IMG/VR virus record: IMGVR_UViG_3300046386_000047
Direction: 5' to 3' (one strand)
From: an uncultured virus (IMG/VR IMGVR_UViG_3300046386_000047)
Taxonomy: Duplodnaviria > Heunggongvirae > Uroviricota > Caudoviricetes
Length of the DNA: 20,088 nucleotides
The notes beneath the pieces are model-generated. The model saw only the letters and a list, made by a program, of their open reading frames with translations, was not told the DNA's origin and did not search any database. A program made the translations under genes and the position numbers. Positions 15,913-20,088 of this stretch are shown here, piece after piece (the stretch's first letter is position 1; each line of letters starts with the position of its first letter).

Positions 15913-16434
15913 ATGAGTGCAGAAAAAGCAAAAGCTGGCGGCGTGTTCACCGTTCAGTGCTTCGACAAAGACGGCCAGCTGAAGTGGCAGGCCCAAGAAC
16001 ATAACCTCGTGGTCAACGTCGGCCTCAAGGACATGAACGAGAAATACTTCACCGGCTCCAGCTACACCGCTGCTTGGTACTTGGGTCTGTACGGCGCTGC
16101 CGCGACCAACGACCCGGCTGCTGGCGACACCATGTCTTCCCACGCTGGCTGGACAGAGATCACTGCGTACTCCGAAGCCACGCGCCCCCAGTGCAGTTTT
16201 GGCACGGCCACCACAGCTGACCCATCCGTTATCAGCAACTCTGCTTCTGTGGCGGTGTTCAGCGTCAACGGTACAGCTACGGTTGGCGGCGCGTTCCTGA
16301 CGTCCAACAACACCAAGGGCGGCACCACAGGCACTCTGTTCTCTGCTGGCGACTTCCAGTCCCCCGGCGACCGCGCAGTTGTTTCTGGTGACACGCTCAA
16401 CGTGACTTACCAATTCAGCCTCGACGCCGCGTAA
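15913..16434 (+). CDS. Virion structural (tail-associated) protein (173 aa)
   Basis: AAGGAG RBS; HNLVVNVG...VSGDTLNVTY. Confidence 0.75.
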   Translation: MSAEKAKAGGVFTVQCFDKDGQLKWQAQEHNLVVNVGLKDMNEKYFTGSSYTAAWYLGLYGAAATNDPAAGDTMSSHAGWTEITAYSEATRPQCSFGTATTADPSVISNSASVAVFSVNGTATVGGAFLTSNNTKGGTTGTLFSAGDFQSPGDRAVVSGDTLNVTYQFSLDAA

Positions 16435-16442
16435 GGGGCAGT

Positions 16443-17285
16443 GTGTTTGCAGGCTCTCCATTTGCCACCGCACCGTTTGCCGCTCTGAGCGGCAACGTGT
16501 ATTTGATCGCGGTAAACGAGGGCGCTGCAGGCACTGACACTTACCGGGCACTGGCGGCTTTTCGGTCTTCTGTGGCCGAGTCGGCGACAGGCGCTGATGC
16601 GGTTTTGGCCCGGGTAGTTTTTGTCTCGCTGGTAGCCGAGAGCGGTGCCGGGGCGGATCAGGTCAGCAGCCGCTTGAATGCCCGCACGGTGGTGTTTGAG
16701 TCGAGCACTGGGTTTGACCAAGCGTTTGCCAACGCGGACTTTGGCGCACAGGTGCAGGAGTTGGCCGCAGGGCTTGATGCCCCGAGCAGCCGCCCAGAAT
16801 ACGCGGTTCAGGTGTTCGAGGGGGCCACAGGCGACGAGCTTGTTTCTGCGCTGGCAGACCTCACCGCCACGGTGACTGAGAACTCCACGGCAGCCGATGC
16901 GATCTTCTCAATCAAAGCCACGATGTGTTACGTCGCTGAAGGCGCGGCGGGCGGCGACACGGTGTCGGCCAGCACGATTGTCTTGGTGAGCGTCGTTGAA
17001 GCGGCAACTGGCCAAGAGGTGGTGTCTGCTTCGGTGGATTTTGCGTCCCTGATTGAAGAGTCGGGGGCAGGCACCGAGATCGTCCGCACCAAAGCGCTGT
17101 TTTCCGTCCTGCTGAGCGAGCTGGGTGTGGCCGCTGACAGCGTTCAGGGCCGATTGCTCTGGGAAGTCATCAACGACAGCCAGTCCGTCACATGGCAAAA
17201 TGTGAGCAGCGATCCGGGCACGACATGGCAAGTGATCGCCACGGCTGATAACCCCGGCTGGCAGATCATCAAAACACAGCCGTAA
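16443..17285 (+). CDS. Repeat-containing fibre/shaft-like protein (280 aa)
   Basis: Eleven 20-aa VxE-x-x-x-G-x-D/E repeats and four Trp-spaced C-terminal repeats. Confidence 0.8.
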   Translation: MFAGSPFATAPFAALSGNVYLIAVNEGAAGTDTYRALAAFRSSVAESATGADAVLARVVFVSLVAESGAGADQVSSRLNARTVVFESSTGFDQAFANADFGAQVQELAAGLDAPSSRPEYAVQVFEGATGDELVSALADLTATVTENSTAADAIFSIKATMCYVAEGAAGGDTVSASTIVLVSVVEAATGQEVVSASVDFASLIEESGAGTEIVRTKALFSVLLSELGVAADSVQGRLLWEVINDSQSVTWQNVSSDPGTTWQVIATADNPGWQIIKTQP

Positions 17286-17294
17286 GGAAAGAAC

Positions 17295-17753
17295 ATGGCC
17301 CTCGTTGTAAAAGACCGCGTCAAGTCCAGCACCACCACAACAGGTACGGGCACGATCACGCTTGGCGCTGCAGCCATCGGGTTTCAGGCGTTTTCCGTCA
17401 TCGGGGACGGCAACACCACGTACTACACCATCGTTGACACCGTGAACGGCACATGGGAAGTGGGCATTGGCACATACACCTCGTCGGGCACAACACTGTC
17501 CCGGGACACCGTGCTGGAGTCATCCAACTCGGGCTCGCTGGTAAACTTCGCTGCAGGCAGCAAGGATGTGTTCGTGGCCTACCCGGCAGAGCGGGCAGTT
17601 ATTGGCGGCATGGGGTACATCGAGAACTCGGCCACAATCTCCCAAAGCTCGACCATCAACGCAGGCAACAACGCGATCAGTTCCGGGCCTGTGACCATCA
17701 ATTCCGGCATCACCGTTACGGTGCCGTCCGGCTCCCGGTGGGTTGTAGTCTGA
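17295..17753 (+). CDS. Tail-associated protein (152 aa)
   Basis: MALVVKDRVK...WEVGIGTY...; C-terminal SGSRWVVV module. Confidence 0.8.
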   Translation: MALVVKDRVKSSTTTTGTGTITLGAAAIGFQAFSVIGDGNTTYYTIVDTVNGTWEVGIGTYTSSGTTLSRDTVLESSNSGSLVNFAAGSKDVFVAYPAERAVIGGMGYIENSATISQSSTINAGNNAISSGPVTINSGITVTVPSGSRWVVV

Positions 17754-17790
17754 TGCGTTTACAGGCACAATCCGAACAAGGTGACATCTC

Positions 17791-18531
17791 ATGAGCACAT
17801 ACTCCCCAAGCCTTCGTATTCAACTCATCACCACTGGCGATCAGGCAGGTGTGTGGGGCGACACGACCAACACCAACCTCGGCACGCTGATTGAGTCAGC
17901 GATTGCCGGGTACACGTCTGTCTCCATCACGTCTGCTGCGCAGGCGCTGACTGCCAACGACGGAATTCCTGACGAGTCGCGTAACATGGTTTTGGCTTTG
18001 ACCACGACCACCACTGCGGCTTTTGCGGTTTACGCCCCTCCAGCCGAGAAGACCTACATCGTCTACAACGCCAGCGCGTACGCCGCCACGATTTACAACT
18101 CCACGGTGTTGGGCAACACAACCGCTGCTGGCACTGGGGCTTTGATCCCTGCTGGCAAGACTCTGGCCATTTGGTCGGACGGCACCAACTTTGATTTCCA
18201 AAACGACAACCTGCTGTTGACAACTCCGACAGGTTCTTTGGTTACGCCTGCAGGCACTGTTGCACAGCGCGATGTTTCGCCGCTGCCCGGTTATTTTCGG
18301 TTCAACACGGACACCGACAGCTGGGAAGGCTATGACGGCACTGTGTGGAAGGCCGTTGGCGGCGGTGCCACAGGCGGCGGAGCTGATGAAGTCTTTGTTG
18401 AAAACGGCCAGAACGTGACCGTGGACTACACCATCCCGTCCACACGAAACGCCATGAGCACCGGGCCAATCACGGTAGACTCGGGCATCACAGTGACAGT
18501 TTCCAGCGGATCACGCTGGGTGGTCCTTTAA
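17791..18531 (+). CDS. Tail fibre-associated protein (246 aa)
   Basis: WGDTTNTN, PAGTVAQR, FRFNTDTDSWEGYDGTVW fibre motif; C-terminal SGSRWVVL module. Confidence 0.8.
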   Translation: MSTYSPSLRIQLITTGDQAGVWGDTTNTNLGTLIESAIAGYTSVSITSAAQALTANDGIPDESRNMVLALTTTTTAAFAVYAPPAEKTYIVYNASAYAATIYNSTVLGNTTAAGTGALIPAGKTLAIWSDGTNFDFQNDNLLLTTPTGSLVTPAGTVAQRDVSPLPGYFRFNTDTDSWEGYDGTVWKAVGGGATGGGADEVFVENGQNVTVDYTIPSTRNAMSTGPITVDSGITVTVSSGSRWVVL

Positions 18532-18541
18532 GGGGTAAGAC

Positions 18542-19459
18542 ATGGCAATTGTTTTGAACGGAACAACGGGCATCACCAACGATGGTGGCTACACAGGTGA
18601 CGGCGTGAGCTTTGCCGACACGACCCCTGCAAACACGCTGGTGACAACCGCTGGCGGTAACGTGGGTGTTGGGACTGCTTCCCCGACAAACATAGGGGGC
18701 TATAAGAGCGTAACCGTATCGTCAACAACGGGCGGATGGGTTGAAGTCACAAACGGAACCGTGCGCGGCGTTCTGCAAAACGGATCGGGCGATGTCACGC
18801 TTGAAGCCAGATCAAACCACCCGCTTATTTTCGGCATTAACGGTGCTGAAAAAGGCCGCTTCGATACCGGCGGTAACTTTCTGGTGGGCGGGACATCACA
18901 ACTTCCCGGTGCGTCAGCGCCGTCCATTAACGTCGGCACTTCCAGCGGCGGTATGCAACTCTCCGGCAATGGAAACCAAGGGTATTCTGGGTCCATATTT
19001 CCATCATCCCGAGGGATCGAACACTTCAATTCGGCGTCTGCTGGCGCCCCAAGGAACTACTATTTCACAACGCAAGGCGGCGGTTCGTATGCCGCTCTTA
19101 ACGCAGCGGCATTCACCATCGGTTCCGATTACCGCCTAAAAGAAAACATCACCCAAATCTCAGGCGCATTGTCTCGTGTAAACCTGTTAAAGCCTTCGCG
19201 CTTTAAGTACAAACGCGACATTGAAACGGCAATGCCATTTGGCACCGACACGGTAGATGGCTTTATCGCGCACGAAGTTCAGGAGGTTGTTCCAGAAGCT
19301 GTTTATGGCGAAAAGGACGCTGTAGACGCCGATGGAAAAATAATTCCGCAATCAATGGATGCGTCAAAACTTATCCCGCTTTTGACCGCAGCCATGCAAG
19401 AGCAGCAAGCCCTCATCCAAACCCTGACCGCCCGAGTTGAAGCACTGGAGGCCAAATGA
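18542..19459 (+). CDS. Tail fibre with C-terminal peptidase S74 intramolecular chaperone
   Basis: GNVGVGTASP fibre motif; GSDYRLKENI...GFIAHEVQEVVPEAV...coiled-coil end. Confidence 0.9.
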   Translation: MAIVLNGTTGITNDGGYTGDGVSFADTTPANTLVTTAGGNVGVGTASPTNIGGYKSVTVSSTTGGWVEVTNGTVRGVLQNGSGDVTLEARSNHPLIFGINGAEKGRFDTGGNFLVGGTSQLPGASAPSINVGTSSGGMQLSGNGNQGYSGSIFPSSRGIEHFNSASAGAPRNYYFTTQGGGSYAALNAAAFTIGSDYRLKENITQISGALSRVNLLKPSRFKYKRDIETAMPFGTDTVDGFIAHEVQEVVPEAVYGEKDAVDADGKIIPQSMDASKLIPLLTAAMQEQQALIQTLTARVEALEAK

Positions 19460-19806
19460 ACCCGCACAGCACAAACGGCCTGATCTACATCGGCTTGGCC
19501 CTCGCCATCACCTACGGACTTTACGTCTTTTATGCAGCAGTCATGAACATCAAGCGCGTGCGTGACGCGGGCAAGCTCACAACGCTGGGCGTGGTGTTTG
19601 GGTATCCCACGCTGGTGATTGGTCTGGTGCTCGACCTGCTGGTCAACGTGTTCGTCATGTCCATCATCTTGCTTGAAATCCCGCAAGAGTTGACCGTGAC
19701 CAGTCGCCTGAAGCGTCACCAGAGCAGCACCGGCTGGCGCTTGGCGGTGGTTAAATTTTTTGAGCCTGTGCTCGACCCGCTGGACCCGTCCGGCGACCAT
19801 GTTTAA
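19456..19806 (+). CDS. Membrane-associated hypothetical protein (116 aa)
   Basis: Two hydrophobic stretches, then LTVTSRLKRH...LDPLDPSGDH; ATGA overlap. Confidence 0.75.
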   Translation: MNPHSTNGLIYIGLALAITYGLYVFYAAVMNIKRVRDAGKLTTLGVVFGYPTLVIGLVLDLLVNVFVMSIILLEIPQELTVTSRLKRHQSSTGWRLAVVKFFEPVLDPLDPSGDHV

Positions 19807-19817
19807 GGAGACATAAA

Positions 19818-20088
19818 TTGTCCAAAGTAGCCCTCTCCGGCAATGCCCTCGGCACAGGCACGTTCACGATTGCCAGCCCAAACGGCAACACCGACCGAAC
19901 ACTGACGCTGCCTGACGCAACCGGGACTTTCCTGACCACAGCAACACCGGGTGTGCCTGTGAACGGCCCTGCGTTTAGTGCTTATCTCGGGACTACGCAG
20001 AACCTTTCCACGAGCGTAACGACAAAGCTTCAGATCAACACAGAGTTGTTTGACACAGCAAACTGCTTTGATACGTCTACCTACCGCT
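19818..20088 (+). CDS. Tail fibre protein with probable C1q-like domain (partial)
   Basis: AAGGAG plus TTG start; MSKVALSG...DRTLTLPDATGT...GPAFSAY...LFDTANCFDTSTYR; open to the window edge and absent from the ORF track. Confidence 0.75.
   Translation, partial: MSKVALSGNALGTGTFTIASPNGNTDRTLTLPDATGTFLTTATPGVPVNGPAFSAYLGTTQNLSTSVTTKLQINTELFDTANCFDTSTYR

Overview
The window is a segment of a tailed dsDNA bacteriophage genome with a podovirus-like gene layout. The capsid sequence resembles, from recall, the widespread uncultured aquatic HTVC023P/uvMED-type podophages, and a GC-rich proteobacterial host is inferred. Bases 1-2230 are a leftward early/control region. It holds three small minus-strand genes, an AT-rich non-coding stretch, promoters, terminators and three copies of a GTGAGAC-N5/6-GTCTCAC palindrome. 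From 2337 to the end, one rightward morphogenesis region encodes a probable TerS, a hidden 55-aa ORF, TerL, portal, a GroES-like co-chaperonin, a probable scaffold, a capsid-associated protein and the major capsid protein. These are followed by a cluster of tiny Lys/Gly-rich proteins, head-tail connector-type proteins, a free-standing GIY-YIG/NUMOD3 homing endonuclease and modular tail/fibre genes, including an S74 chaperone fibre and a C1q-like fibre. The most notable non-coding signal is a compact triple-helix chained pseudoknot RNA (10810-10881). It lies behind a promoter nested in the capsid terminator and abuts the next RBS. Four probable genes are missing from the supplied ORF track: <1-698, 2924-3091, 13759-13923 and 19818->20088.
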